From Nemertoderma westbladi (lineage: Eukaryota; Animalia; Xenacoelomorpha), in contig JAUCBJ010008594.1 in the NCBI GenBank assembly GCA_032718475.1, positions 77,249 to 141,248 of the forward strand: a stretch of 64,000 nt of DNA, written 5' to 3'. Below the pieces are notes generated by a model. The model worked only from the letters and a program-made list of their open reading frames with translations, was not told where the DNA came from and ran no database searches. How positions within the stretch are numbered: the first letter of the stretch is position 1; the number at the start of each line of letters is the position of its first letter. Below are positions 52,401 through 64,000 of the stretch, piece after piece. Made by a program: the position numbers and the translations under genes.

Positions 52401-55400
52401 TTGTTTGGTTAATTTTGCATTTATACAGGTTTCTCACTTTGTTTGATTAATTTTTCGTTTATACAGGTTTCTCGCTTTGTTTGGTTAATTTTTCATTTAT
52501 ACAGGTTTCTCGCTTTGTTTGGTTAATTTTTCGTTTATGCAGGATTCTCGCTTTGTTTGGTTAATTTTTCATTTATACAGGTTTCTCGCTTTGTTTGGTT
52601 AATTTTTCGTTTATGCAGGATTCTCGCTTTGTTTGGTTAATTTTTCGTTTATACAGGTTTCTCGCTTTGTTTGGTTAATTTTTCGTTTATACAGGTTTCT
52701 CGCTTTGTTTGGTAAATTTTTCGTTTATACAGGTTTTTCGCTTTGTTTTGTTAATTTTTCGTTTATACAGGTTTCTCGCTTTGTTTGGTTAATTTTGCAT
52801 TTATACAGGTTTCTCACTTTGTTTGATTAATTTTTCGTTTATACAGGTTTCTCGCTTTGTTTGGTTAATTTTTCATTTATACAGGTTTCTCGCTTTGTTT
52901 GGTTAATTTTTCGTTTATACAGGGTTCTGGCTTTGTTTGGTAAATTTTTCGTTTATGCAGGATTCTCGCTTTGTTTGGTTAATTTTTCGTTTATACAGGT
53001 TTCTCGCTTTGTTTGGTTAATTTTTCGTTTATACAGGTTTCTCGCTTTGTTTGGTTAATTTTTCGTTTATGCAGGATTCTCGCTTTGTTTGGTTAATTTT
53101 TCATTTATACAGGTTTCTCGCTTTGTTTGGTTAATTTTTCGTTTATACAGGGTTCTGGCTTTGTTTGGTTAATTTTTCGTTTATGCAGGATTCTCGCTTT
53201 GTTTGGTTAATTTTTCGTTTATACAGGGTTCTCGCTTTGTTTGGTTAATTTTTCATTTATACAGGTTTCTCGCTTTGTTTGGTTAATTTTACGTTTATAC
53301 AGGGTTCTGGCTTTGTTTGGTTAATTTTTCGTTTATGCAGGATTCTGGCTTTGTTTGGTTAATTTTTCGTTTATGCAGGATTCTCGCTTTGTTTGGTTAA
53401 TTTTTCATTTATACAGGTTTCTCGCTTTGTTTGGTTAATTTTTCGTTTATACAGGGTTCTCGCTTTATTTCGTTAATTTTTCGTTTATACAGGGTTCTGG
53501 CTTTGTTTGGTTAATTTTTCGTTTATATAGGTTTCTCGCTTTGTTTGGTTAATTTTTCGTTTATATAGGTTTCTCGCTTTGCTTGGTTAATTTTTCGTTT
53601 ATATAGGTTTCTCGCTTTGTTTGGTTAATTTTTCGTTTATACAGGTTTCTCGCTTTGTTTTGTTAATTTTTCATTTATACAGGTTTCTCGCTTTGTTTGG
53701 TTAATTTTTCGTTTATACAGGTTTCTCGCTTTGTTTGGTTAATTTTTCGTTTATACAGGTTTCTCGCTTTGTTTGGTTAATTTTTCGTTTATACAGGTTT
53801 CTCGCTTTGTTTTGTTAATTTTTCGTTTATACAGGTTTCTCGCTTTGTTTGGTAAATTTTTCGTTTATACAGGTTTCTCGCTTTGTTTTGTTAATTTTTC
53901 GTTTATACAGGTTTCTCGCTTTGTTTGGTTAATTTTGCATTTATACAGGTTTCTCACTTTTTTGATTAATTTTTCGTTTATACAGGTTTCTCGCTTTGTT
54001 TGGTTAATTTTTCATTTATACAGGTTTCTCGCTTTGTTTGGTAAATTTTTCGTTTATGCAGGATTCTCGCTTTGTTTGGTTAATTTTTCATTTATACAGG
54101 TTTCTCGCTTTGTTTGGTTAATTTTTCGTTTATGCAGGATTCTCGCTTTGTTTGGTTAATTTTTCGTTTATACAGGTTTCTCGCTTTGTTTGGTTAATTT
54201 TTCGTTTATACAGGTTTCTCGCTTTGTTTGGTAAATTTTTCGTTTATACAGGTTTCTCGCTTTGTTTTGTTAATTTTTCGTTTATACAGGTTTCTCGCTT
54301 TGTTTGGTTAATTTTGCATTTATACAGGTTTCTCACTTTGTTTGATTAATTTTTCGTTTATACAGGTTTCTCGCTTTGTTTGGTTAATTTTTCATTTATA
54401 CAGGTTTCTCGCTTTGTTTGGTTAATTTTTCGTTTATACAGGGTTCTGGCTTTGTTTGGTAAATTTTTCGTTTATGCAGGATTCTCGCTTTGTTTGGTTA
54501 ATTTTTCGTTTATACAGGTTTCTCGCTTTGTTTGGTTAATTTTTCGTTTATACAGGTTTCTCGCTTTGTTTGGTTAATTTTTCGTTTATGCAGGATTCTC
54601 GCTTTGTTTGGTTAATTTTTCATTTATACAGGTTTCTCGCTTTGTTTGGTTAATTTTTCGTTTATACAGGGTTCTGGCTTTGTTTGGTTAATTTTTCGTT
54701 TATGCAGGATTCTCGCTTTGTTTGGTTAATTTTTCGTTTATACAGGGTTCTCGCTTTGTTTGGTTAATTTTTCATTTATACAGGTTTCTAGCTTTGTTTG
54801 GTTAATTTTACGTTTATACAGGGTTCTGGCTTTGTTTGGTTAATTTTTCGTTTATGCAGGATTCTGGCTTTGTTTGGTTAATTTTTCGTTTATGCAGGAT
54901 TCTCGCTTTGTTTGGTTAATTTTTCATTTATACAGGTTTCTCGCTTTGTTTGGTTAATTTTTCGTTTATACAGGGTTCTGGCTTTGTTTGGTTAATTTTT
55001 CGTTTATGTAGGATTCTCGCTTTGTTTGGTTAATTTTTCATTTATACAGGTTTCTCGCTTTGTTTGGTTAATTTTACGTTTATACAGGGTTCTGGCTTTG
55101 TTTGGTTAATTTTTCGTTTATGCAGGATTCTCGCTTTGTTTGGTTAATTTTTCGTTTATGCAGGATTCTCGCTTTGTTTGGTTAATTTTTCGTTTATGCA
55201 GGATTCTCGCTTTTGTTTGGTTAATTTTTCGTTTATACAGGTTTCTCGCTTTGTTTGGTTAATTTTTCGTTTATACAGATTTCTCGCTTTGTTTGGTTAA
55301 TTTTTCGTTTATACAGATTTCTCGCTTTGTTTGGTTAATTTTGCATTTATACAGGTTTCTCGCTTTGTTTGGTTAATTTTTCGTTTATACAGGGTTCTGG

Positions 55401-58400
55401 CTTTGTTAGGTTAATTTTTCGTTTATGCAGGATTCTCGCTTTGTTTGGTTAATTTTTCGTTTATACAGGGTTCTCGCTTTGTTTGGTTAATTTTTCATTT
55501 ATACAGGTTTCTCGCTTTGTTTGGTTAATTTTACGTTTATACAGGTTTCTGGCTTTGTTTGGTTAATTTTTCGTTTATGCAGGATTCTGGCTTTGTTTGG
55601 TTAATTTTTCGTTTATGCAGGATTCTCGCTTTGTTTGGTTAATTTTTCGTTTATATAGGGTTCTGGCTTTGTTTGGTTAATTTTTCGTTTATACAGGGTT
55701 CTGGCTTTGTTTGGTTAATTTTTCGTTTATGCAGGATTCTCGCTTTGTTTGGTTAATTTTTCATTTATACAGGTTTCTCGCTTTGTTTGGTTAATTTTTC
55801 GTTTATACAGGGTTCTGACTTTGTTTGGTTAATTTTTCGTTTATGCAGGTTTCTCGCTTTGTTTGGTTAATTTTTCGTTTATACAGGGTTCTCGCTTTGT
55901 TTGGTAAATTTTTCATTTATACAGGATTCTCGCTTTGTTTGGTTAATTTTTCGTTTATACAGGTTTCTCGCTTTGTTTGGTTAATTTTTCGTTTATACAG
56001 GATTCTCGCTTTGTTTGGTTAATTTTTCGTTTATGCAGGATTCTCGCTTTGTTTGGTTAATTTTTCGTTTATATAGGGTTCTGGCTTTGTTTGGTTAATT
56101 TTTCCTTTAAGCAGGGTTCTCGCTTTGTTTGGGTAATTTTTCGTTTATACAGGTTTCTCGCTTTGTTTGGTTAATTTTTCGTTTATGCAGGATTCTCGCT
56201 TTGTTTGGTTAATTTTTCGTTTATACAGGTTTCTCGCTTTGTTTGGTTAATTTTTCATTTAGACAGGTTTCTCGCTTTGTTTGGTTAATTTTTCGTTTAT
56301 GCAGGATTCTCGCTTTGTTTGGTTAATTTTTCGTATATGCAGGATTCTCGCTTTGTTTGGTTAATTTTTCGTTTATACAGGTTTCTCGCTTTGGTTGGTT
56401 AATTTTTCGTTTATACAGGTTTCTCGCTTTGTTTGGTTAATTTTTCGTTTATGCAGGATTCTCGCTTTGTTTGGTTAATTTTTCATTTATACAGGTTTCT
56501 CGCTTTGTTTGGTTAATTTTTCGTTTATACAGGGTTCTGGCTTTGTTTGGTTAATTTTTCGTTTATGCAGGATTCTCGCTTTGTTTGGTTAATTTTACGT
56601 TTATGCAGGATTCTCGCTTTGTTTGGTTAATTTTTCGTTTATACAGGTTTCTCGCTTTGTTTGGTTAATTTTTCGTTTATACAGGTTTCTCGCTTTGTTT
56701 GGTTAATTTTTCGTTTATGCAGGATTCTCGCTTTGTTTGGTTAATTTTTCATTTATACAGGTTTCTCGCTTTGTTTGGTTAATTTTTCGTTTATACAGGG
56801 TTCTGGCTTTGTTTGGTTAATTTTTCGTTTATGCAGGATTCTCGCTTTGTTTGGTTAATTTTTCGTTTATACAGGATTCTTGCTTTGTTTGGTTAATTTT
56901 TCGTTTATACAGGATTCTCGCTTTGTTTGGTTAATTTTTCGTTTATACAGGTTTCTCGCTTTGTTTGGTTAATTTTTCATTTATACAGGTTTATCGCTTT
57001 GTTTGGTTAATTTTTCGTTTATGCAGGATTCGCGCTTTGTTTGGTTAATTTTTCATTTATACAGGTTTCTCGCTTTGTTTGGTTAATTTTTCGTTTATGC
57101 AGGATTCTCGCTTTGTTTGGTTAATTTTTCGTTTATACAGGATTCTCGCTTTGTTTGGTGAATTTTTCGTTTATACAGGATTCTCGCTTTGTTTGGTTAA
57201 TTTTTCGTTTATACAGGTTTCTCGCTTTGTTTGGTTAATTTTTCATTTATACAGGTTTCTCGCTTTGTTTGGTTAATTTTTCGTTTATACAGGTTTCTCG
57301 CTTTGTTTGGTTAATTTTTCATTTATACAGGTTTCTCGCTTTGTTTGGTTAATTTTTCGTTTATACAGGGTTCTCGCTTTGTTTGGTTAATTTTGCATTT
57401 ATACAGGTTTCTCGCTTTGTTTGGTTAATTTTTCGTTTATACAGAGTTCTGGCTTTGTTTGGTTAATTTTTCGTTTATGCAGGATTCTCGCTTTGTTTGG
57501 TTAATTTTTCGTTTATACAGGGTTCTCGCTTTGTTTGGTTAATTTTTCATTTATACAGGTTTCTCGCTTTGTTTGGTTAATTTTTCGTTTATACAGGTTT
57601 CTCGCTTTGTTTGGTTAATTTTTCATTTATACAGGTTTCTCGCTTTGTTTGGTTAATTGTTCGTTTATGCAGGGTTCTGGCTTTGTTTGGTTAATTTTTC
57701 GTTTATGCAGGATTCTCGCTTTGTTTGGTTAATTTTTCGTTTATACAGGATTCTCGCTTTGTTTTGATAATTTTTCGTTTATACAGGTTTCTCGCTTTGT
57801 TTGGTTAATTTTTCATTTATACAGGTTTCTCGCTTTGTTTGGTTAATTTTTCGTTTATACAGGGTTCTCGCTTTGTTTGGTTAATTTTGCATTTATACAG
57901 GTTTCTCGCTTTGTTTGGTTAATTTTTCGTTTATACAGGATTCTCGCATTGTTTGGTTAATTTTTCGTTTATACAGGTTTCTCGCTTTGTTTGGTTAATT
58001 TTTCATTTATACAGGTTTCTCGCTTTGTTTGGTTAATTTTTCGTTTATACAGGGTTCTCGCTTTGTTTGGTTAATTTTGCATTTATACAGGTTTCTCGCT
58101 TTGTTTGGTTAATTTTTCGTTTATACAGGATTCTCGCATTGTTTGGTTAATTTTTCGTTTATACAGGTTTCTCGCTTTGTTTGGTTAATTTTTCATTTAT
58201 ACAGGTTTCTCGCTTTGTTTGGTTAATTTTTCGTTTATACAGGGTTCTGGCTTTGTTTGTCTAATTTTTCGTTTATACAGGATTCTCGCTTTGTTTGGTT
58301 AATTTTTCGTTTATACAGGATTCTCGCTTTGTTTGGTTAATTTTTCGTTTATACGGGTTTCTCGCTTTGTTTGGTTAATTTTTCCTTCATACAGGTTTCT

Positions 58401-61398
58401 CGCTTTGTTTGGTTAATTTTTCATTTATACAGGTTTCTCGCTTTGTTTGGTTAATTTTTCGTTTATACAGGATTCTCGCTTTGTTTTGATAATTTTTCGT
58501 TTATACAGGTTTCTCGCTTTGTTTGGTTAATTTTTCATTTATACAGGTTTCTCGCTATGTTTGGTTAATTTTTCGTTTATACAGGATTCTCGCATTGTTT
58601 GGTTAATTTTTCGTTTATACAGGTTTCTCGCTTTGTTTGGTTAATTTTTCATTTATACAGGATTCTCGCTGTGTTTGGTTAATTTTTCGTTTATACAGGA
58701 TTCTCGCTTTGTTTGGTTAATTTTTCGTTTATACAGGATTCTCGCTTTGTTTGGTTAATTTTTCGTTTATACAGGATTCTCGCTTTGTTTGGTTAATTTT
58801 TCGTTTATACGGGTTTCTCGCTTTGTTTGGTTAATTTTTCCTTCATACAGGTTTCTCGCTTTGTTTGGTTAATTTTTCATTTATACAGGTTTCTCGCTTT
58901 GTTTTGATAATTTTTCGTTTATACAGGTTTCTCGCTTTGTTTGGTTAATTTTTCATTTATACAGGATTCTCGCTTTGTTTGGTTAATTTTTCGTTTATAC
59001 AGGTTTCTCGCTTTGTTTGGTTAATTTTTCATTTATACAGGTTTCTCGCTTTGTTTGGTTAATTTTTCGTTTATACAGGATTCTCGCTTTGTTTGGTTAA
59101 TTTTTCGTTTATACGGGTTTCTCGCTTTGTTTGGTTAATTTTTCCTTCATACAGGTTTCTCGCTTTGTTTGGTTAATTTTTCATTTATACAGGTTTCTCG
59201 CTTTGTTTGGTTAATTTTTCGTTTATACAGGGTTCTGGCTTTGTTTGTCTAATTTTTCGTTTATACAGGCACAGGGTTCTGGCTTTGTTTGTCTAATTTT
59301 TCGTTTATACAGGATTCTCGCTTTGTTTGGTTAATTTTTCGTTTATACAGGATTCTCGCTTTGTTTGGTTAATTTTTCGTTTATACGGGTTTCTCGCTTT
59401 GTTTGGTTAATTTTTCCTTCATACAGGTTTCTCGCTTTGTTTGGTTAATTTTTCATTTATACAGGTTTCTCGCTTTGTTTGGTTAATTTTTCGTTTATAC
59501 AGGATTCTCGCTTTGTTTTGATAATTTTTCGTTTATACAGGTTTCTCGCTTTGTTTGGTTAATTTTTCATTTATACAGGTTTCTCGCTATGTTTGGTTAA
59601 TTTTTCGTTTATACAGGATTCTCGCATTGTTTGGTTAATTTTTCGTTTATACAGGTTTCTCGCTTTGTTTGGTTAATTTTTCATTTATACAGGATTCTCG
59701 CTGTGTTTGGTTAATTTTTCGTTTATACAGGATTCTCGTTTTGTTTGGTTAATTTTTCGTTTATACAGGATTCTCGCTTTGTTTGGTTAATTTTTCGTTT
59801 ATACAGGATTCTCGCTTTGTTTGGTTAATTTTTCGTTTATACGGGTTTCTCGCTTTGTTTGGTTAATTTTTCCTTCATACAGGTTTCTCGCTTTGTTTGG
59901 TTAATTTTTCATTTATACAGGTTTCTCGCTTTGTTTTGATAATTTTTCGTTTATACAGGTTTCTCGCTTTGTTTGGTTAATTTTTCATTTATACAGGATT
60001 CTCGCTTTGTTTGGTTAATTTTTCGTTTATACAGGTTTCTCGCTTTGTTTGGTTAATTTTTCATTTATACAGGTTTCTCGCTTTGTTTGGTTAATTTTTC
60101 GTTTATACAGGGTTCTGGCTTTGTTTGTCTAATTTTTCGTTTATGCAGGATTCTCGCTTTGTTTGGTTAATTTTTCGTTTATACAGGATTCTCGCTTTGT
60201 TTGGTTAATTTTTCGTTTATACAGGATTCTCGCTTTGTTTGGTTAATTTTTCGTTTATATAGGTTTCTCGCTTTGTTTGGTTAATTTTTCATTTATACAG
60301 GTTTCTCGCTTTGTTTGGTTAATTTTTCATTTATACAGGTTTCTCGCTTTGCTTGGTTAATTTTTCGTTTATACAGGTTTCTCGCTTTGTTTGGTTAATT
60401 TTTCGTTTATACAGGTTTCTCGCTTTATTTCGTTAATTTTTCGTTTATACAGGGTTCTGGCTTTGTTTGTCTAATTTTTCGTTTATGCAGGATTCTCGCT
60501 TTGTTTGGTTAATTTTTCGTTTATGCAGGATTCTCGCTTTGTTTGGTTAATTTTTCGTTTATACAGGTTTCTCGCTTTATTTCGTTAATTTTTCGTTTAT
60601 ACAGGGTTCTGGCTTTGTTTGTCTAATTTTTCGTTTATGCAGGATTCTCGCTTTGTTTGGTTAATTTTTCGTTTATACAGGATTCTCGCTTTGTTTGGTT
60701 AATTTTTCGTTTATACAGGATTCTCGCTTTGTTTGGTTAATTTTTCGTTTATATAGGTTTCTCGCTTTGTTTGGTTAATTTTTCATTTATACAGGTTTCT
60801 CGCTTTGTTTGGTTAATTTTTCATTTATACAGGTTTCTCGCTTTGTTTGGTTAATTTTTCGTTTATACAGGTTTCTCGCTTTGTTTGGTTAATTTTTCGT
60901 TTATACAGGTTTCTCGCTTTGTTTGGTTAATTTTTCGTTTATACAGGATTCTCGCTTTGTTTGGTTAATTTTTCGTTTATACAGGTTTCTCGCTTTATTT
61001 CGTTAATTTTTCGTTTATACAGGATTCTCGCTTTGTTTGGTTAATTTTTCGTTTATACAGGTTTCTCGCTTTATTTCGTTTATACAGGTTTCTCGCTTTG
61101 TTTGGTTAATTTTTCGTTTATACAGGATTCTCGCTTTGTTTGGTTAATTTTTCGTTTATACAGGTTTCTCGCTTTATTTCGTTAATTTTTCGTTTATACA
61201 GGTTTCTCGCTTTGTTTGGTTAATTTTTCGTTTATACAGGATTCTCGCTTTGTTTGGTTAATTTTTCGTTTATATAGGTTTCTCGCTTTGTTTGGTTAAT
61301 TTTTCATTTATACAGGTTTCTCGCTTTATTTCGTTAATTTTTCGTTTATACAGGTTTCTCGCTTTATTTCGTTAATTTTTCGTTTATACAGGTTTCTC
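40429..61398 (+). repeat. 38-bp intronic satellite, about 550 copies, derived from the exon 10 splice acceptor
   Basis: Unit GCTTTGTTTGGTTAATTTTTCGTTTATACAG|GTTTCTC; the last unit runs directly into exon 10. Confidence 0.98.
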
Positions 61399-61538
61399 CC
61401 CGAACAAAAGAAGAATCGCAACCCCTATGCTTACGCTCCTTTTGGTCTCGGGCCCAGAAGTTGCCTAGCAACCAGATTTGCATTGCTGGAAGTAAAGGTG
61501 GCTCTCGTGAGACTCCTTCAAAACTATAACATTCAGAG
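61392..61538 (+). CDS. CYP exon 10 (heme-binding cysteine)
   Basis: RFLPEQKKNRNPYAYAPFGLGPRSCLATRFALLEVKVALVRLLQNYNIQR; phase matches exon 9; donor GTAAGA. Confidence 0.95.
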
Positions 61539-64000
61539 GTAAGATGAGCTCTATAGTTAAACTCTATGTTAATAACATTCAGAGGTAAGATGAGCTCTGG
61601 TTAAACTCTATGTTAATAACATTCAGAGGTACGATGAGCTCTTGTTAAACTCTATGTTAATAACATTCAGAGGTAAGATGAGCTCTAGTTAAACTCTATG
61701 TTAATAACATTCAGAGGTAAGATGAGCTCTAGTTAAACTCTATGTTAATAACATTCAGAGGTACGATGAGCTCTTGTTAAACTCTATGTTAATAACATTC
61801 AGAGGTAAGATGAGCTCTAGTTAAACTCCATGTTAATAACATCCAGAGGTACGATGAGCTCTAGTTAAACTCTATGTTAATAACATTCAGAGGTACGATG
61901 AGCTCTTGTTAAACTCTATGTTAATAACATTCAGAGGTAAGATGAGCTCTAGTTAAACTCTATGTTAATAACATTCAGAGGTAAGATGAGCTCTAGTTAA
62001 ACTCTATGTTAATAACATTCAGAGGTAAGATGAGCTCTAGTTAAACTCTATGTTAATAACATTCAGAGGTAAGATGAGCTCTAGTTAAACTCTATGTTAA
62101 TAACATTCAGAGGTAAGATGAGCTCTAGTTAAACTCTATGTTAATAACATTCAGAGGTAAGATGAGCTCTAGTTAAACTCTATGTTAATAACATTCGGAG
62201 GTAAGATGAGCTCTAGTTAAACTTTATGTTAATAACATTCAGACGTAAGATGAGCTCTAGTTAAACTCTATGTTAATAACATTCAGAGGTAAGATGAGCT
62301 CTAGTTAAACTCTATGTTAATAACATTCAGAGGTAAGATGAGCTCTAGTTAAACTCTATGTTACTAACATTCAGAGGTAAGATGAGCTCTAGTTAAACTT
62401 TATGTTAATAACCTTCAGACGTAAGATGAGCTCTAGTTAAACTCTATGTTAATAACATTCAGACGTAAGATGAGCTCTAGTTAAACTCTATGTTAATAAC
62501 ATTCAGAGGTAAGATGAGCTCTAGTTAAACTCTATGTTAATAACATTCAGAGGTAAGATGAGCTCTAGTTAAACTCTATGTTACTAACATTCAGAGGTAA
62601 GATGAGCTCTAGTTAAACTTTATGTTAATAACCTTCAGACGTAAGATGAGCTCTAGTTAAACTCTATGTTAATAACATTCAGAGGTAAGATGAGCTCTAG
62701 TTAAACTCTATGTTAATAACATTCAGAGGTAAGATGAGCTCTAGTTAAACTTTATGTTAATAACATTCAGAGGTAAGATGAGCTCTAGTTAAACTCTATG
62801 TTAATAACATTCAGAGGTAAGATGAGCTCTAGTTAAACTCCATGTTAATAACATTCATAGGTAAGATGAGCTCTAGTTAAACTCCATACTGATAACATTC
62901 AGAGGTAAGATGAGCTCTAGTTAAACTCCATGTTAATAACATTCATAGGTAAGATGAGCTCTAGTTCAACTCCATACTGATAACATTCAGAGGTAAGATG
63001 AGCTCTAGTTAAACTCCATGTTAATAACATTCAGAGGTAAGATGAGCTCTAGTTAAACTCCATACTGAGAACATTCAGAGGTAAGATGAGCTCTAGTTAA
63101 ACTCCATACTGATAACATCCCGAGGTAAGATGAGCTCTAGTTAAACTCCATACTGATAACATCCAGAGGTAAGATGAGCTCTAGTTCAACTCCATTTTAA
63201 TAACATCCAGAGGTAAGATGAGCTCTAGTTAAACTCCATACTGATAACATTCAGAGGTAAGATGAGCTCTAGTTAAACTCCATGTTAATAACATTCATAG
63301 GTAAGATGTGCTCTAGTTAAACTCCATACTGATAACATTCAGAGGTAAGATGAGCTCTAGTTAAACTCCATGTTAATAACATCCAGAGGTAAGATGAGCT
63401 CTAGTTAAACTCCATACTGATAACATTCAGAGGTAAGATGAGCTCTAGTTAAACTCCATGTTAATAACATTCATAGGTAAGATGTGCTCTAGTTAAACTC
63501 CATACTGATAACATTCAGAGGTAAGATGAGCTCTAGTTAAACTCCATGTTAATAACATTCATAGGTAAGATGTGCTCTAGTTAAACTCCATACTGATAAC
63601 ATTCAGAGGTAAGATGAGCTCTAGTTAAACTCCATGTTAATAACATTCAGAGGTAAGATGAGCTCTAGTTAAACTCCATACTGAGAACATTCAGAGGTAA
63701 GATGTGCTCTAGTTAAACTCCATACTGATAACATCCCGAGGTAAGATGAGCTCTAGTTAAACTCCATACTGATAACATCCAGAGGTAAGATGAGCTCTAG
63801 TTCAACTCCATTTTAATAACATCCAGAGGTAAGATGAGCTCTAGTTAAACTCCATACTGATAACATTCAGAGGTAAGATGAGCTCTAGTTAAACTCCATG
63901 TTAATAACATTCATAGGTAAGATGTGCTCTAGTTAAACTCCATACTGATAACATTCAGAGGTAAGATGAGCTCTAGTTAAACTCCATGTTAATAACATTC
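61526..64000 (+). repeat. 44-bp intronic satellite, at least 56 copies (runs off the window), derived from the exon 10 splice donor
   Basis: Unit ATAACATTCAGAG|GTAAGATGAGCTCTAGTTAAACTCTATGTTA; the first unit overlaps the exon end. Confidence 0.98.

Larger units (their letters stand above)
28060..61538 (+). pseudogene. CYP3-clan cytochrome P450 gene, 10 visible exons (~1415 nt), nonsense codon in exon 9, final exon beyond the window
   Basis: Phase-consistent GT-AG exons give an N-terminal anchor, GIPGPRPLPLFGN, WHRLR, I-helix FFIAGYETTS, ETLR, PEEFNPDRF and heme motif PFGLGPRSCLA. TAA at 39028-39030. Gene identity is firm; pseudogene status is less certain. Confidence 0.85.

Noticed and set aside
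40256-57276. Dozens of 65-128 aa hydrophobic ORFs (MVNFSFIQVSRF...)
   Set aside because: Translations of the 38-bp satellite from non-ATG starts; no independent coding evidence.
40429-64000. CRISPR array (38-bp and 44-bp repeats)
   Set aside because: Units are head-to-tail with no unique spacers, there are no cas genes, and the context is a eukaryotic intron.

Overview
AT-rich, transposon-dense metazoan (probably invertebrate) genomic DNA with two parts. (1) 1-27.2 kb is a transposon nest. A full-length but mutated BEL/Pao LTR retrotransposon (3809-20336, 1207-bp LTRs, CAAAG target-site duplication) sits in opposite orientation inside an older relative. Both carry an extra 3' ORF, which in the older copy contains a DEDDy-like 3'-5' exonuclease and zinc knuckles. 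RTE LINEs, CRE-like LINE fragments, a tRNA-derived SINE and a small insert with a minimal hammerhead-ribozyme motif are also present. (2) 28-64 kb is a spliced CYP3-clan cytochrome P450 gene: 10 exons are visible, exon 9 has an in-frame TAA, and the last exon lies beyond the window. The standout observation is that the heme-binding exon (61392-61538) lies between two satellites built from its own splice sites. Upstream are about 550 copies of a 38-bp unit made of its 3' acceptor plus the first 7 exon bases (21 kb). Downstream are at least 56 copies of a 44-bp unit made of its last ~12 exon bases plus the 5' donor. All coordinates, counts and alignments were read by eye; no searches were run.
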